Positions 10,200 to 21,318 of a stretch of DNA of 64,000 nucleotides are shown piece by piece. The stretch covers positions 307,051-371,050 of the forward strand of contig CAWFGE010000007.1 of the NCBI GenBank assembly GCA_963815195.1. Direction: 5' to 3'. The notes below the pieces were generated by a model. That model was not told where the DNA came from, ran no database searches, and saw nothing but the letters and a program-made list of their open reading frames with translations. A program made the translations under genes and the position numbers. Source of the stretch: an uncultured Planctomycetaceae bacterium (GTDB lineage: Bacteria; Planctomycetota; Planctomycetia; Planctomycetales; Planctomycetaceae). The stretch's first letter is position 1. Each line of letters opens with the position of its first letter.

Positions 10200-13100
10200 G
10201 TGACGTTAACAGAACTTCTGGAAAATAAATTTCGGGCGGATCTCAGGTTTCGCGGGGAAACCTACGTCAAAGCCGAGCGCGTCTCGCTGATTCGGATAAC
10301 GCCGGACCAGGTGTTCGGCATCGTGCAGGACAGCGTCGAGTACGAAACCCAGCTCAGCCGCGACGATTCGCAGCTCAAAATGTATTGCACCTGCGAAGCC
10401 TTTCAGCGGTCCGGGGTGTGCAAGCATCTGTGGGCGACGATTGTGGCGGTGCAGGAAGCCGGTCTCGTCGCGGGGGCGGTTCGTCCCGGGCATATCCCAC
10501 CGTTCGCCGCCGAGATGGAACCCAACTTCCTCGCCGGCAGCATCTGGGACGAAGACGACGAACTCGACGACCTGAGCGACGTCTATCATCCTCCCGCATC
10601 CGCGGCCGGCGGGAACGGCCAGAGCGCGGTGCACGTCAAGCCCCGGCTCAGGCCTTGGGAAGCGAAACTCCAGGAGCTTCGCGGCAAGATGCAGACGAAC
10701 GAACCCGCCGCCCCGAACGCCGGCCGGGAGCGGGAGATTTTTTACGAGATCGACGTCAGCGATAGCCGGTCCGTGGGCCAGTTGGTGATCCAGACGTCCC
10801 AGCGGCAACGCCGGGCCAACGGGCAGTGGGGAAAACTCAAGCCGCTCAAACTCCGTCCGGGGAAGCTCGATGAAGTCGAGCACGAGGACGACAGCAAGAT
10901 CCTCGCGTATCTGTCCGGCGGCACGCCCGAGCGGACCAACTGGCACGCGCAGCAGGCGGAGATTCAAACCGCGGTTTACCGCTACCGGGTGCCCTTTGAA
11001 TTGAGCGAATTGATCCTCCCGCTGATGTGCCACACCGGACGGGTACGGTATCTCGATTCGCACGAAACCGACCGGCAAAACTTGGAATGGGACGACGGCC
11101 CCGCGTGGGAACTCACGATGCGCATCGCGCTGGATCAGGACCAGGACGAGTGGAAGCTCGAGGGCCTGCTCAAACGCGACGAGGAATCGATGCCGGCCCG
11201 GAAAGCGGTGCTCATCGTGCCCGGCGGGTTGGTGCTAACGCACACCAAGATCGCCCGTCTCCGGGATTTCGACGCCTTCGATTGGATTAACGTCTTATCA
11301 TCGGAAAATGCGCTCCGCGTGCCCCACGGCGAGCAGCAGGAGTTGGTGGACACGCTCTTCGACATGCCCACGCTGCCCCGGTTGGAACTGCCCGAAGAAC
11401 TCCAGCTTGAGGAAATCACCTGCGATCCGAAGCCGCAACTCACGATCCAATCGCCCCGCGGCAAGCGCTGGCATTTGGAGCGGCTCCAGGGCCAGGTGCA
11501 TTTCGATTATCTGGAGTCCCTGGTCCCGGCGAGCAGTTCGCAATGGGCCTTGGTGCAGCGCGAGCAGGGGCGGTGCATCTTGCGGAACCGCGATCAGGAA
11601 GACGAGGCCTGGGCGCAGCTTCATGAATTGGGATTTCGGCGGATGCTCGACCAGCGCCGCCGGGGCCACGATGTCGAAATCGCCGCCCGGTTTTTGGGGC
11701 CGGCCGTTCGGCGGTTGATGGAGCTCGGCTGGCAGGTCCACGCCGACGGCAAGCAGGTCCGGCAACCCGGCGAGTTCAACTTTCGGATCAAATCGGGCAT
11801 CGACTGGTTCGAACTCCACGGCGAAGTGCAGTTCGAAGGCCAATCGATCTCCTTCCCCGAACTGCTCTCGGCCCTCGCGCGGGGCGACAGCACGGTCCGG
11901 CTCAGCGACGGTTCGTTGGGGATTCTCCCGGAAGACTGGGCGAAAAAGTTCGGACTTCTGGCGGGGCTGGGCGTGGCCGAGGAAGACCACATGCGGTTCG
12001 CCCACAACCAGGTCGCGCTGTTGGATGCGCTCCTCTCCGCCCAGGAGCATGTCGAGCGGGACGAACAGTTCGAAATCCTCCGCGACCGCTTCAAAAACTT
12101 CACCGGCGTTGATCCCGCGGGCGAACCCAAAGGCTTCGTCGGCGAACTGCGCGGCTACCAGCGCGAAGGCTTGGGCTGGCTCGAGTTTCTCCAAGAGTTC
12201 CGCCTGGGCGGGTGTCTCGCGGACGACATGGGCCTCGGCAAAACGATCCAGGTCCTGGCTTTGTTGATGGACCGCCGGAAGAACCAGAAAAAGCAGCAGC
12301 CCTCCTTGATCGTGGTGCCCAAATCGCTGCTCTTCAACTGGCATCACGAATGCACCCGATTCACGCCGCAGCTTTCGGTGCTGGAATACACCGGTCTCGA
12401 CCGGGAAAACCTCCGGCCTCACTTTGAAGACCACGATGTGATCCTCACCACCTATGGCACGCTCCGGCGGGACATCGTGCACCTCAAAGACACGCGGTTC
12501 GATTACGTCGTGTTGGACGAGGCCCAGACCATCAAAAACGCCGGCTCCCAGGTCGCCAAGGCCTCCCGGTTGCTGCAAGCCAATAACCGCGTCGCTTTGA
12601 GCGGGACGCCCATCGAAAACCACCTGGGCGATTTGTGGTCGATCTTCGAGTTCTTGAACCCCGGCATGCTCGGGCGAAGCTCGATCTTCAAAAGCTACGC
12701 CAACGACTCCGGCGACGACAACACGCGAAGCCTGTTGGCGAGTGCCCTGCATCCGTTCATTCTCCGGCGGACCAAACGCCAGGTCGCCAGCGAACTGCCC
12801 GAAAAACTCGAGCAGACCATCTACTGCGACATGGGCCGCGAGCAACAACGGCTCTACAACGAGCTCCGCGACCATTACCGCAGCTCGCTGTTGGGACTCG
12901 TCCAAAAGCAGGGCCTGGGCAAATCCAAGATGCACGTCTTGGAGGCGTTGCTCCGGCTCCGGCAGTCCGCTTGCCATCCCGCGCTCTTGGACAAGGGCAC
13001 AGAGGACGAGTCCTCCGCGAAGCTCGACGTCTTGGTGCCGCACCTTCAGGAACTCATCGAGGAAGACCACAAGGCCCTCGTGTTCTCGCAATTCACGAGC

Positions 13101-13520
13101 ATGCTGTCGATCGTGCGGAAGCACCTGGACCGCGAAGGGATTCCCTACGAATATCTCGACGGCCAGACTCGCAACCGGGCCGATCACGTCGAGCGGTTCC
13201 AGACGGATCCCGATTGCCCAGTGTTCTTAATCAGCCTGAAAGCGGGCGGATTGGGCCTGAACCTGACGGCCGCGGATTATGTGTTTTTGCTCGATCCCTG
13301 GTGGAATCCCGCCGTGGAAGCCCAAGCCATCGACCGGGCGCACCGCGTGGGCCAAACCCGCCAGGTGTTCGCCTACCGCCTGATCTGCCGGGGCACCGTG
13401 GAAGAAAAAATCGCCGAGCTTCAAAACCAGAAACGCGACCTGGCGGACGCGATCTTGGAAGCGAACAACAATATGCTTAAGGACCTCTCGACCGAGGACC
13501 TGGAGATGTTGCTGTCGTAG
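10200..13520 (+). CDS. SWIM zinc finger + SNF2-family helicase/ATPase
   Basis: SWIM CTC-x8-CKH; LADDMGLGKT, LDEAQ, LSGTPIEN, ISLKAGGLGLNL, DPWWNPAVE, DRAHRVGQ. Confidence 0.93.
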   Translation: MTLTELLENKFRADLRFRGETYVKAERVSLIRITPDQVFGIVQDSVEYETQLSRDDSQLKMYCTCEAFQRSGVCKHLWATIVAVQEAGLVAGAVRPGHIPPFAAEMEPNFLAGSIWDEDDELDDLSDVYHPPASAAGGNGQSAVHVKPRLRPWEAKLQELRGKMQTNEPAAPNAGREREIFYEIDVSDSRSVGQLVIQTSQRQRRANGQWGKLKPLKLRPGKLDEVEHEDDSKILAYLSGGTPERTNWHAQQAEIQTAVYRYRVPFELSELILPLMCHTGRVRYLDSHETDRQNLEWDDGPAWELTMRIALDQDQDEWKLEGLLKRDEESMPARKAVLIVPGGLVLTHTKIARLRDFDAFDWINVLSSENALRVPHGEQQELVDTLFDMPTLPRLELPEELQLEEITCDPKPQLTIQSPRGKRWHLERLQGQVHFDYLESLVPASSSQWALVQREQGRCILRNRDQEDEAWAQLHELGFRRMLDQRRRGHDVEIAARFLGPAVRRLMELGWQVHADGKQVRQPGEFNFRIKSGIDWFELHGEVQFEGQSISFPELLSALARGDSTVRLSDGSLGILPEDWAKKFGLLAGLGVAEEDHMRFAHNQVALLDALLSAQEHVERDEQFEILRDRFKNFTGVDPAGEPKGFVGELRGYQREGLGWLEFLQEFRLGGCLADDMGLGKTIQVLALLMDRRKNQKKQQPSLIVVPKSLLFNWHHECTRFTPQLSVLEYTGLDRENLRPHFEDHDVILTTYGTLRRDIVHLKDTRFDYVVLDEAQTIKNAGSQVAKASRLLQANNRVALSGTPIENHLGDLWSIFEFLNPGMLGRSSIFKSYANDSGDDNTRSLLASALHPFILRRTKRQVASELPEKLEQTIYCDMGREQQRLYNELRDHYRSSLLGLVQKQGLGKSKMHVLEALLRLRQSACHPALLDKGTEDESSAKLDVLVPHLQELIEEDHKALVFSQFTSMLSIVRKHLDREGIPYEYLDGQTRNRADHVERFQTDPDCPVFLISLKAGGLGLNLTAADYVFLLDPWWNPAVEAQAIDRAHRVGQTRQVFAYRLICRGTVEEKIAELQNQKRDLADAILEANNNMLKDLSTEDLEMLLS

Positions 13521-13539
13521 TGGCGTGTCGGAAACGGCA

Positions 13540-13623
13540 GGCGAGCGGGAGGCGTAAGCCTCCCCGTCATTCGAAGCAACCCAAAACTCCCCGAAACCAG
13601 GAGGCTTACGCCTCCCGCTCGCC
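13540..13623. repeat. REP-like doublet, family B (GCGAGCGGGAGGCGTAAGCCTCC)
   Basis: 24-bp perfect inverted repeat at 13540-13563 and 13600-13623 between convergent genes; half-copies at 21259 and 45859. Confidence 0.85.
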
Positions 13624-13630
13624 AAAAAAA

Positions 13631-14503
13631 TCAAAAAACCAGCCGCTCGGCGGGGAATACGGGGCCTTCGACGCAGGTGCGGCGGTAGTCCCAGCCCTCC
13701 TCTTCCCGGATGCGGGTCACGCAGCTAAAGCAAGCGCCGATGCCGCAGGCCATGGGGGTTTCGAGCGACAGCCAGCAACGGACGCCGTGCTTCGCGCAGA
13801 GTTCTGCCACGCGGTGCATCATCGGTTCGGGGCCACAGGTGTATACGCAGTCGGGCGGGTTGTCCCCGGCAAGTGATCGGGCGAGAAGGTCCGTCACGTA
13901 GCCATGATGGGCAAAGCTGCCGTCGTCGGTGGAAAGTTGGAGGTCGAGTCCCTCCATCGAAAAATCATCGAGTCCGGCGAGATAATCTTTCGACCGCGCT
14001 CCGTAGCAGAGGGAAACGGTTTCGGGCTTCCGGGGCAGCTTGCGGGGCGGATCGCCGTAGGTTTTTTGGCCCAGGGCTTCGCGGACGACGGCCAAAAACG
14101 GCGTCTGCCCGATGCCGCCCGCCACGCACATCAGATGCCTGCCTTCGGGGATCGGAAAACCATTCCCCAACGGCCCCCAAATCCCCAAGGTCTCGCCCGG
14201 CTTCCAGGTGCTCATCAGCGACGTGAGCTTGCCAATGACCACATAGCCAAAGTCCAATCCCGCAGGCTGGCCGGCTTCTTCAAAGACATCATAGAGCGCA
14301 AACGGCCGGCCCAAGAGCGGATCGTTCCGCCCCAAGGCCCGGATCATAAAAAACTGCCCCGGCACGATCTGCGCAGCGATTTCCGGACACCCTAGCCTCA
14401 GCCGATAGGTGTCCTTCGCCATCCGCTCTTGCTCCACCACCGGCACGATCCGCTCAACCGCCCGCGGCATCAACCCCGGCAAACATAAGGCATTCTCGGA
14501 CAT
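13631..14503 (-). CDS. pyrK: Dihydroorotate dehydrogenase electron transfer subunit
   Basis: [51 protein letters not shown]...CVEGPVF (2Fe-2S). Confidence 0.9.
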   Translation of the reverse strand: MSENALCLPGLMPRAVERIVPVVEQERMAKDTYRLRLGCPEIAAQIVPGQFFMIRALGRNDPLLGRPFALYDVFEEAGQPAGLDFGYVVIGKLTSLMSTWKPGETLGIWGPLGNGFPIPEGRHLMCVAGGIGQTPFLAVVREALGQKTYGDPPRKLPRKPETVSLCYGARSKDYLAGLDDFSMEGLDLQLSTDDGSFAHHGYVTDLLARSLAGDNPPDCVYTCGPEPMMHRVAELCAKHGVRCWLSLETPMACGIGACFSCVTRIREEEGWDYRRTCVEGPVFPAERLVF

Positions 14504-14560
14504 GATCGTCCTTCGGATTTCAATTCGTATCAATCAGAAAAATCGCAGTCTCTCAACAAG

Positions 14561-15979
14561 TCACGGTTTTAGCAACGCATCCAGTTCCGCGTCGAGCCGG
14601 GTTCGCTGCTCTTGCATTTTGGGTTCTTGAATGAGGTTCGTCATTTCGTAAGGATCGGCTTTGAGGTCGTAGAGTTCATCCATGCCTTTGAGGTCGGTGT
14701 AGCGGATGTATTTCCAACGATTCGTGCGGATGGCGCGGTAGCCCATGTTTCGGACCCGCGGGAAGACCGTGTCGGTGTTGTATTGGATGAGGAAGGACGT
14801 TCGCCAATCCGCGGGCGTTTGCCCCTCGAGCAGGGGCTTTAAACTTCGGCCGTCGGTTCTCATTGCGTCCGCGGGAACTCCGGCCAAATCCAGAATCGTG
14901 GGGGCGAGATCGATGCTCAGGGCGAATTGATCGATCACTCGACCGGGCTTTACGAGCCGGGGATCGCGGACCAAGAGCGGAATGCGGATGCCTTCTTCGT
15001 AGGCCAGTCGGCGTTCGACGCTCAGGCCGTGCTCGCCGTACCAATAGCCGTGGTCGCTGGTGAAAATGAACACGGTGTCATCGAGCGTGCCGAGGGTGTT
15101 CAATTCGGACAAGAGCCGCCCCACCCCGTCATCGATGCCCGCGAGCATTCGCAGCCGATCGCGGACGGTCTCGTCGTCGGTGCCGGTTTCGGGTCCGAGC
15201 GGCGGCTGGCCTGCGATCTTTTGCGTCAAGGCGGGTTTGTCGCTCACATCGTCCAACACATTGAGCCGGCGGGGAATCGCATCATCCGTGTAAAGGGTTT
15301 CATGCCGTTTCGCGGGCAGGAACTTTGCGGCTTGGGGATCGGTGATGCTGCCGTCGTCCCGCTGCGTCAGTTCGGGATGCAGGGCTTTATGAGAGAGATA
15401 CAAACAAAAAGGCTTCGTGCGCTTCCGGCGGACGAAAGCCAAGGCTTTGCCGTTGAGCACATCGCTGGTGTGCCCGGTGGTGTGGAATCGCTTCCCGTCC
15501 ACATTGAGCAAGGGATCGAACGAAGTGCCTTGGCCTTTGAGGCAGACCCAATGATCGAATCCGGGGCGGGGGGTGTCATCGTTGCCCATGTGCCATTTGC
15601 CGATGAAGGCGGTTTCGTAGCCGGCTTTTTGGAGGGCCTGCGGGAAGGTTTTGAGCTGATGGCTCCGCTCGCTGCGGTTGGTGTTGTCGAGGATCCCGTG
15701 ATGATGGGTGTGGAGTCCCGTCAACAAGCCCGCCCGCACCGGCGAGCACAAAGGCGTCGTGCAGAAGGCGTTGCGGAAGCGGGCTCCTTCCGAAGCGAGC
15801 CGGTCGATGTGCGGCGTCTTCACAAAGGGATGCCCCGTGCAGCAAAGCTCATCCCAGCGCAAATCATCCACCAAGACCACGACGAAACTCGGCCGCGTCC
15901 CCGCCGCGCCGGCCGGCTGCCAAGCGGTAAAAAAACCGGCCAGCAGAATCAAAACAATCAGCCGATGGCCAAGTCTCAT
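14561..15979 (-). CDS. Sulfatase (formylglycine-dependent, N-acetylglucosamine-6-sulfatase-like)
   Basis: Signal peptide; VLVDDLR, LCSPVRAGLLTG (CxPxR), IGKWHMG, FTSDHG, ELYDLKADPYE; start at MRLGH. Confidence 0.92.
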   Translation of the reverse strand: MRLGHRLIVLILLAGFFTAWQPAGAAGTRPSFVVVLVDDLRWDELCCTGHPFVKTPHIDRLASEGARFRNAFCTTPLCSPVRAGLLTGLHTHHHGILDNTNRSERSHQLKTFPQALQKAGYETAFIGKWHMGNDDTPRPGFDHWVCLKGQGTSFDPLLNVDGKRFHTTGHTSDVLNGKALAFVRRKRTKPFCLYLSHKALHPELTQRDDGSITDPQAAKFLPAKRHETLYTDDAIPRRLNVLDDVSDKPALTQKIAGQPPLGPETGTDDETVRDRLRMLAGIDDGVGRLLSELNTLGTLDDTVFIFTSDHGYWYGEHGLSVERRLAYEEGIRIPLLVRDPRLVKPGRVIDQFALSIDLAPTILDLAGVPADAMRTDGRSLKPLLEGQTPADWRTSFLIQYNTDTVFPRVRNMGYRAIRTNRWKYIRYTDLKGMDELYDLKADPYEMTNLIQEPKMQEQRTRLDAELDALLKP

Positions 15980-16314
15980 GGTTTCACCTGTTTGCCTTAG
16001 GATCCCGTCATGCGGTTTGGGGAAAGGTCCATTTCGTGAAAACCCCGATTTTCGAAGCGTGTTCATAGATTGGGGATTCTCGCGGCAAACTGCAACCAAT
16101 TTCGCCGCGAGTTGCGGGGATTCGCCGGCCGGTTTTCCCGGGAATCCCGGCCGCGAATGTAACGAGCCGCTTACGAAATGCGATTTTTCGTGGCAATCTT
16201 CTTGGAGATAGATATACTGGGGAAAGTGGATTTTTCCTCGAACTTTCCAAAACCGGGCCGAGTTTGCTCTGCACGTATTTGTCAGGGCGGTCTTTCGGCG
16301 GGAGTGAACGGTCA

Positions 16315-19300
16315 ATGTACGGAACCCAATCTCGGTTTGCTGATTTCTTCGCCATCTTTTCGAGCCGCCGAGTGATCCTTTTGGGGGCATTGGCCTTGGG
16401 CCTTGCCTTGGGAGGCCGTCTGGTTCTGGCCCAGGTGGAGGAAAAGCCGGCTGAAACGCCCGTGGCGAAACCGGCGGAGAAAAAACCCGAGGCCAAGACC
16501 GACGCGACCGCAAAAGCCGAGAAACCCGCCCAGAAGAAAGACGACGCCCAGAAGCCGGCGGCGAATCCGCTGAAGAACCTGTTTCGCGGGATTTTCGGCG
16601 GGGTCAAACCGCAGCAGGGGATCATTCCGCAGAATCCCCAGAACGCGGGCAACGTGAAGGAACCGGCCAACGGCGACACCGCCGCGCGGGACCGCATCGA
16701 CGCCCGGGCCCCGTTTGATCCGACGATGGCCAAGCTGCTCCGCCGGGCCGAGAAGCACATGGAAGCGGCCCGCGCGGGCGACGATGAGGAATGGGCGTTG
16801 GCTTTGCAGATTTTGAAGCATATCCTCGATCCCTCGCGGCCCACGGATGACAATCAGCCGGTGGAAAACTCCCTCATCCGCGGACCGGACGGGAAGCTGA
16901 CGACCATGCGGCACGAAGCGAACCGGCTGTTGTCCGAATTCCCGCCCGCCCGGTTGGCTTCGTATCGCGAAGAGTTCGGCGGGCTGGCCGGCAACATGTT
17001 TGAGGACGCCAAGCGAAACGGCAACATCGAGCAAATCGTGACCGTGGCGACGCAGTTCTTTCATACCCCCGCCGGCCAGGAAGCGGCCAACTGGATGGGG
17101 ATGCGGCACTTCGACCACGGAGAGTTCGGCATGGCCGCCCGCTGGTTTCGGCAACTGCTCAAATACGAAGCCGGTCTCACGCAGGATCGGCATTGGCTGC
17201 TGAAGGCGGCGGTGGCGTTTCATCAAGCCGGCGACGAAAAAGCCAGCCGGGAGCTTTTGGAAAAGACCGCCGGGATTTCGCTCCGTGTCGGAGAAAAACC
17301 CGTCTCGCCGGTGGAGTTCCTCGCCCGCCTGAATCCGGAGATGGAAGCGCGGGTGCCCGTTTTGGATGACTGGCCCATGCTCTACGGCACCCCCAGCCAT
17401 TTGGCCAAGGCCCAGGGCGGCGATCCGCTGTTGTTGTCGCGGTGGTCCCAACCGCTCACCAACAGCCACCGGGCTCTCGAAAGCATCGATGAACTGGTCG
17501 ACGACCTGAACGACGAGCAACTCGCCACGGTGCCCGCGTTCTCGCCGATCATGGTGGACGGCAAAGTGATCTTCCGCACGCTGGGCGGCGTGCGCGTGGT
17601 CGAAGCGAAGAGCGGGCAAATGCTGTGGGAAACCCGCGCGGGGATTTCTCCCGAAAGCCTGCTCACGGGCGTTCAAAACACCCAGCCGCAATACATGCAG
17701 CAGATGGCCTTCATGGGCGGGTTTCCGGGGAACTCGGTGTCCTATTACACCGGCAACGGGGCGAACTTCAACGCGCTCACGAGCCTGTTGTTCCGCGACG
17801 GCACGTGGGGGACGATCTCCAGCGATAGCGAGCAGTTGTTCGTTCTGGAAGATCACGCGGTGATGCTGCCCTATCAACCGGGAAATTATTGGGCGTTTCG
17901 CGACGGTATGACCGACGCCCACCGCCGGGATTACTCGACCAACAAGATCGTTTCCTACCACCTCGAAACCGGGCGGCCCCGCTGGGAGATCGGCGGAACC
18001 GAAATGGACGAGCCCTTCGACCGCCGGCTCGCGGGGCAATATTTCTTCGGCGTCCCGGTGGCCGATCAGGGCGAACTGTTCGTCATCGGCGAGCGGGACA
18101 ATGAAATCCGGCTGTTCACTTTGGACCGCGAGACCGGCCGGCCCATATGGTCGCAGCTTGTCGCCTATTCCGACGCCAAGATCGAGCGCGACTTCGGCCG
18201 GCGGTGGTGGAACGCCCAAGCGGGCGTGAGCCGGGGCGTGCTCGTCTGCCCGACGACAGTGGGCTGGCTGGTGGCGATCGACCGTTTGAACCATTCGGTC
18301 CTCTGGGCCCACCGCTACACCGAACCGAACCGCGCGCCCGAACCGAACCGCTTCAACGATTACAACAACAACCTCGTCCCGCAATCGTCGCTGAACACGG
18401 TGTGGGGGCCGTCGGCTCCGATCATCGCCGGGCATCGCGTCGTGTATGCCCCGCCCGAAGATGCCACGCTGGTTTGCCTCGATCTGTTCACGGGCGAAAA
18501 ACTCTGGTCCCGCCAGAAAGAAGACAACCTGTATCTCGCGGGCGTCTTCGAAAACCAGGCCGTGGTCGTCGGCAAGACCTCGGCCTCCGCGATTTCGATG
18601 GAGACCGGCTCCACGCTCTGGTCGCTCTCCTGGGAAGCCGACGACGGCAAGCCCTGCGGCATGGGCGTGGCCGTCGGCAACGTTTATCACCTGCCCTTAT
18701 CCTCGGGCCAACTTTGGACGCTCGACTTAAACGGCGGCAAGGTGCTGGCCAAATCCCAACTGCCCGACGATTTGCCGCAATTGGGGAACCTGGGGATGTA
18801 CCGGGGGATGCTCTTGTCGCTCGGGCCCAAAGGCCTCACCGCCTACGCGCAGCAGCAGGCGATCGAACAGGAAATCCTCGCTCGCCGAAAACAGAACCCG
18901 CGCGATTCCTGGGCCGATTTGTTCGAGGCGAACATCCAGTCCCTCAAGCAGAACCACGACCCGGCCCTCGAACTGTTGCGGAAGGTCGAGCCCGAAAAAC
19001 TCTCGCCCCAGGACCAGACCCGCTACCGCAGCCTGATGATGGCATCGCTCACGGAACTCTTGCGGGCGGACTTCCGGCACCGCGACAAGGAGTTCGGCGA
19101 ACTCGAGGCGTTCGTGAAATCCGACGAGGAGCGGCTGACGTTCCGCCGGCTGACCGCGGACCGCCTGAGCGCCACGGGCGATTTTGCGTCAGCCTTTGAC
19201 GAGTACCTGGAACTGGCCGACAGCAACGGCAGCCGGGAAGTCGCGCGGGACGACGATCCCCGCGTGCGGTTGAGCCTGGAGCGCTGGCTGTCGGGCCGGT

Positions 19301-21252
19301 TGGAGCAGCTTTGGCGGAACGTGTCCGGCGACGACCGGGCCCGGCTCGATGAACGGATCGCCGCGACCGCGGAAGCCGCCAAATCGCAGGACGCCCTACA
19401 GGCTGAGCGGTTCTTGCTGTTGTTCGGCTTCCACCCCGCGGCCGTCACCGTCCGCCGGGCCTTGGTGGAAGAGTTTGCCCTCGCGGGCGATGTGGCCCGC
19501 GCGGAGAACCAACTCCTCAAACTCAGCCGGGATCCCGACGACCGCGTGGCCGCGATGGCCTTAAAGCGCCTGGCCCGTTTGTTCCGCGACCAGGGTTTCC
19601 CCCGCGATGCGAATTATTATTACAAGCGCCTCGAAGAACGCTTCCCGAAAGTCCGCCTGGAAGACGGGAAACAGGTCTCCGTGCTGCTCGCAGAGTTGAA
19701 GGCCGGCGGAAAATTCGGCTCACCGGCCAGCCAGCCCGTCGCCTGGAGCGATGCAAAGATCGAAGAACTCCGCACGGGGACCAACTATTCCTACGGCAAC
19801 CAGGAACACGACCTGCAATACTCGCCCTACCGCCTGCCTTACTTCCAGGATCGCCGGCTGCGGTTCTTTTACACCGATCAGCACCTGGGCGTGACCAAGG
19901 CGGCGACCGACGAGATGGAATGGCTCATACCGCTCCGGCGGGGACCCGACGGCGGGCCGGGCCAAAGCAACATGATGCCCGCGGATACCTCCGGGCATTT
20001 GCTGTTCGTCGTGCACTACGGCGTCTTGCACGCGCTCTCGCCGATCGATCGCAAGATCCTCTGGACTTATGCCCTTGATCCCAAGGCGCACCAAAACTCT
20101 TACTATTCCAACTCGAACGCGCCGCTGCCGATGCAGTCGAACCGTTCGCTGAACACGCAGCAATGGCTGCAGCAGGACGGCTCCCGCCGGCATCAACAGT
20201 CGGCGCTTGCCGTCGTGAACAGCGATTATGTCTGCGTCAAGGGCCGGCGGATGATTTCGGTCCACGATGCCATCACCGGCCGGCTGCGCTGGTCCAAGGA
20301 CCGCTTGAAAACCAACACCCTGGTGTACGGAACCGATTCGGTGGTGTTCCTCGTCCCGCCGGACATGCAGAACGCGGTCGCGTTGAGCGCGACCGACGGG
20401 CGGCGAGTCGATGTGCCCAATTTGGATCAACTCATGCTGAGCACGATCCGCATTCTCCCGGGCGGCATGGTGCTCGCCGAGTCCAAAGCCTCCAAGAGCA
20501 TCTTGGGCCTCTCGCGGGGCACGACCGTCATGCGGTTCTTCGACCCGTTCGAACGCCGGGACCGCTGGACCGCCGAGTATCCCAGTGGCTCGTATCTGGC
20601 GTTGACGGACGACGATTACCTCGCGGCCCTCAAACCGGACGGGCATTTGGACCTGCTCGATCTGGAAACAGGCAAAACTCAAACCATGCAGGGCGTGACG
20701 GAAGACGACCTGAAATCGAAAACCGAGGTCCGGGTGCTCGCCGACCACGACAACGTGTACCTCATCATCAACCGCAAACGCGACACCAGCGGCCGCTTCT
20801 ATTATTACAGCGACGGGAACATGGCCACCGTGACCGTGAACGGCTCCATCTTCGCCTGGAACCGCGAAACAGGCAAATTCCTCTGGCAGCAAAAAGTCGA
20901 CGACCAGAAGCTGGTGCTGATGCACTTCACGCACTCGCCGCTGCTCGTGTTCTACACGCGGATGTACAAACGCGTGGAGAACTTCGGGTTTTATGCGACG
21001 AACACCTTGGCCGTTGACAAGTTCACCGGCAAGAAGCGCGTGGAGGTCTCGGCCCCGACGAATTATTCGGGCTTTCAGACGTACGACCTCAGCCTGAGGG
21101 AACGCACGCTGGAGATGAGGTCCTATCAATCCCGGCTCCGCATCACCGCCCTCGCCCCCGGAACCGCCGAGGACGACGACGGGAAATCCAAGCCGCCTAA
21201 GGACAAACAACTCACCGAAGCCGCCACGGCCGAGAAGCCGAAACCGAAGTAA
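16315..21252 (+). CDS. Large exported PQQ-type beta-propeller / TPR protein
   Basis: Signal peptide; repeated D/ExxTGxxLW propeller-blade motifs, WPMLYG, TPR-like helical blocks. Confidence 0.85.
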   Translation: MYGTQSRFADFFAIFSSRRVILLGALALGLALGGRLVLAQVEEKPAETPVAKPAEKKPEAKTDATAKAEKPAQKKDDAQKPAANPLKNLFRGIFGGVKPQQGIIPQNPQNAGNVKEPANGDTAARDRIDARAPFDPTMAKLLRRAEKHMEAARAGDDEEWALALQILKHILDPSRPTDDNQPVENSLIRGPDGKLTTMRHEANRLLSEFPPARLASYREEFGGLAGNMFEDAKRNGNIEQIVTVATQFFHTPAGQEAANWMGMRHFDHGEFGMAARWFRQLLKYEAGLTQDRHWLLKAAVAFHQAGDEKASRELLEKTAGISLRVGEKPVSPVEFLARLNPEMEARVPVLDDWPMLYGTPSHLAKAQGGDPLLLSRWSQPLTNSHRALESIDELVDDLNDEQLATVPAFSPIMVDGKVIFRTLGGVRVVEAKSGQMLWETRAGISPESLLTGVQNTQPQYMQQMAFMGGFPGNSVSYYTGNGANFNALTSLLFRDGTWGTISSDSEQLFVLEDHAVMLPYQPGNYWAFRDGMTDAHRRDYSTNKIVSYHLETGRPRWEIGGTEMDEPFDRRLAGQYFFGVPVADQGELFVIGERDNEIRLFTLDRETGRPIWSQLVAYSDAKIERDFGRRWWNAQAGVSRGVLVCPTTVGWLVAIDRLNHSVLWAHRYTEPNRAPEPNRFNDYNNNLVPQSSLNTVWGPSAPIIAGHRVVYAPPEDATLVCLDLFTGEKLWSRQKEDNLYLAGVFENQAVVVGKTSASAISMETGSTLWSLSWEADDGKPCGMGVAVGNVYHLPLSSGQLWTLDLNGGKVLAKSQLPDDLPQLGNLGMYRGMLLSLGPKGLTAYAQQQAIEQEILARRKQNPRDSWADLFEANIQSLKQNHDPALELLRKVEPEKLSPQDQTRYRSLMMASLTELLRADFRHRDKEFGELEAFVKSDEERLTFRRLTADRLSATGDFASAFDEYLELADSNGSREVARDDDPRVRLSLERWLSGRLEQLWRNVSGDDRARLDERIAATAEAAKSQDALQAERFLLLFGFHPAAVTVRRALVEEFALAGDVARAENQLLKLSRDPDDRVAAMALKRLARLFRDQGFPRDANYYYKRLEERFPKVRLEDGKQVSVLLAELKAGGKFGSPASQPVAWSDAKIEELRTGTNYSYGNQEHDLQYSPYRLPYFQDRRLRFFYTDQHLGVTKAATDEMEWLIPLRRGPDGGPGQSNMMPADTSGHLLFVVHYGVLHALSPIDRKILWTYALDPKAHQNSYYSNSNAPLPMQSNRSLNTQQWLQQDGSRRHQQSALAVVNSDYVCVKGRRMISVHDAITGRLRWSKDRLKTNTLVYGTDSVVFLVPPDMQNAVALSATDGRRVDVPNLDQLMLSTIRILPGGMVLAESKASKSILGLSRGTTVMRFFDPFERRDRWTAEYPSGSYLALTDDDYLAALKPDGHLDLLDLETGKTQTMQGVTEDDLKSKTEVRVLADHDNVYLIINRKRDTSGRFYYYSDGNMATVTVNGSIFAWNRETGKFLWQQKVDDQKLVLMHFTHSPLLVFYTRMYKRVENFGFYATNTLAVDKFTGKKRVEVSAPTNYSGFQTYDLSLRERTLEMRSYQSRLRITALAPGTAEDDDGKSKPPKDKQLTEAATAEKPKPK

Positions 21253-21258
21253 GCTCTC

Positions 21259-21318
21259 GGCGAGCGGGAGGCGTGAGCCTCCTGGTCACAAAGGACCGCT
21301 TACTTCGTGCGCGGCTCT
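21259..21318. repeat. Composite of half-elements from REP families B and C
   Basis: ggcgagcgggaggcgtgagcctcctggt (21259-21286) followed by ccgcttacttcgtgcgcggctct (21296-21318). Confidence 0.65.

Noticed and set aside
10200..13520. SNF2 helicase as a defence system component
   Set aside because: Stand-alone SWIM-SNF2 among housekeeping genes with host-like codon usage and no methylase or nuclease partners
15980..16513. 178-aa N-terminal extension of the sulfatase ORF
   Set aside because: Overlaps the divergent gene; the signal peptide begins at MRLGH (15979)
8325..19199. Long antisense or alternate-frame ORFs (e.g. 8325-10013, 11298-13187, 16312-18690)
   Set aside because: Shadow ORFs expected opposite high-GC genes; no recognisable motifs
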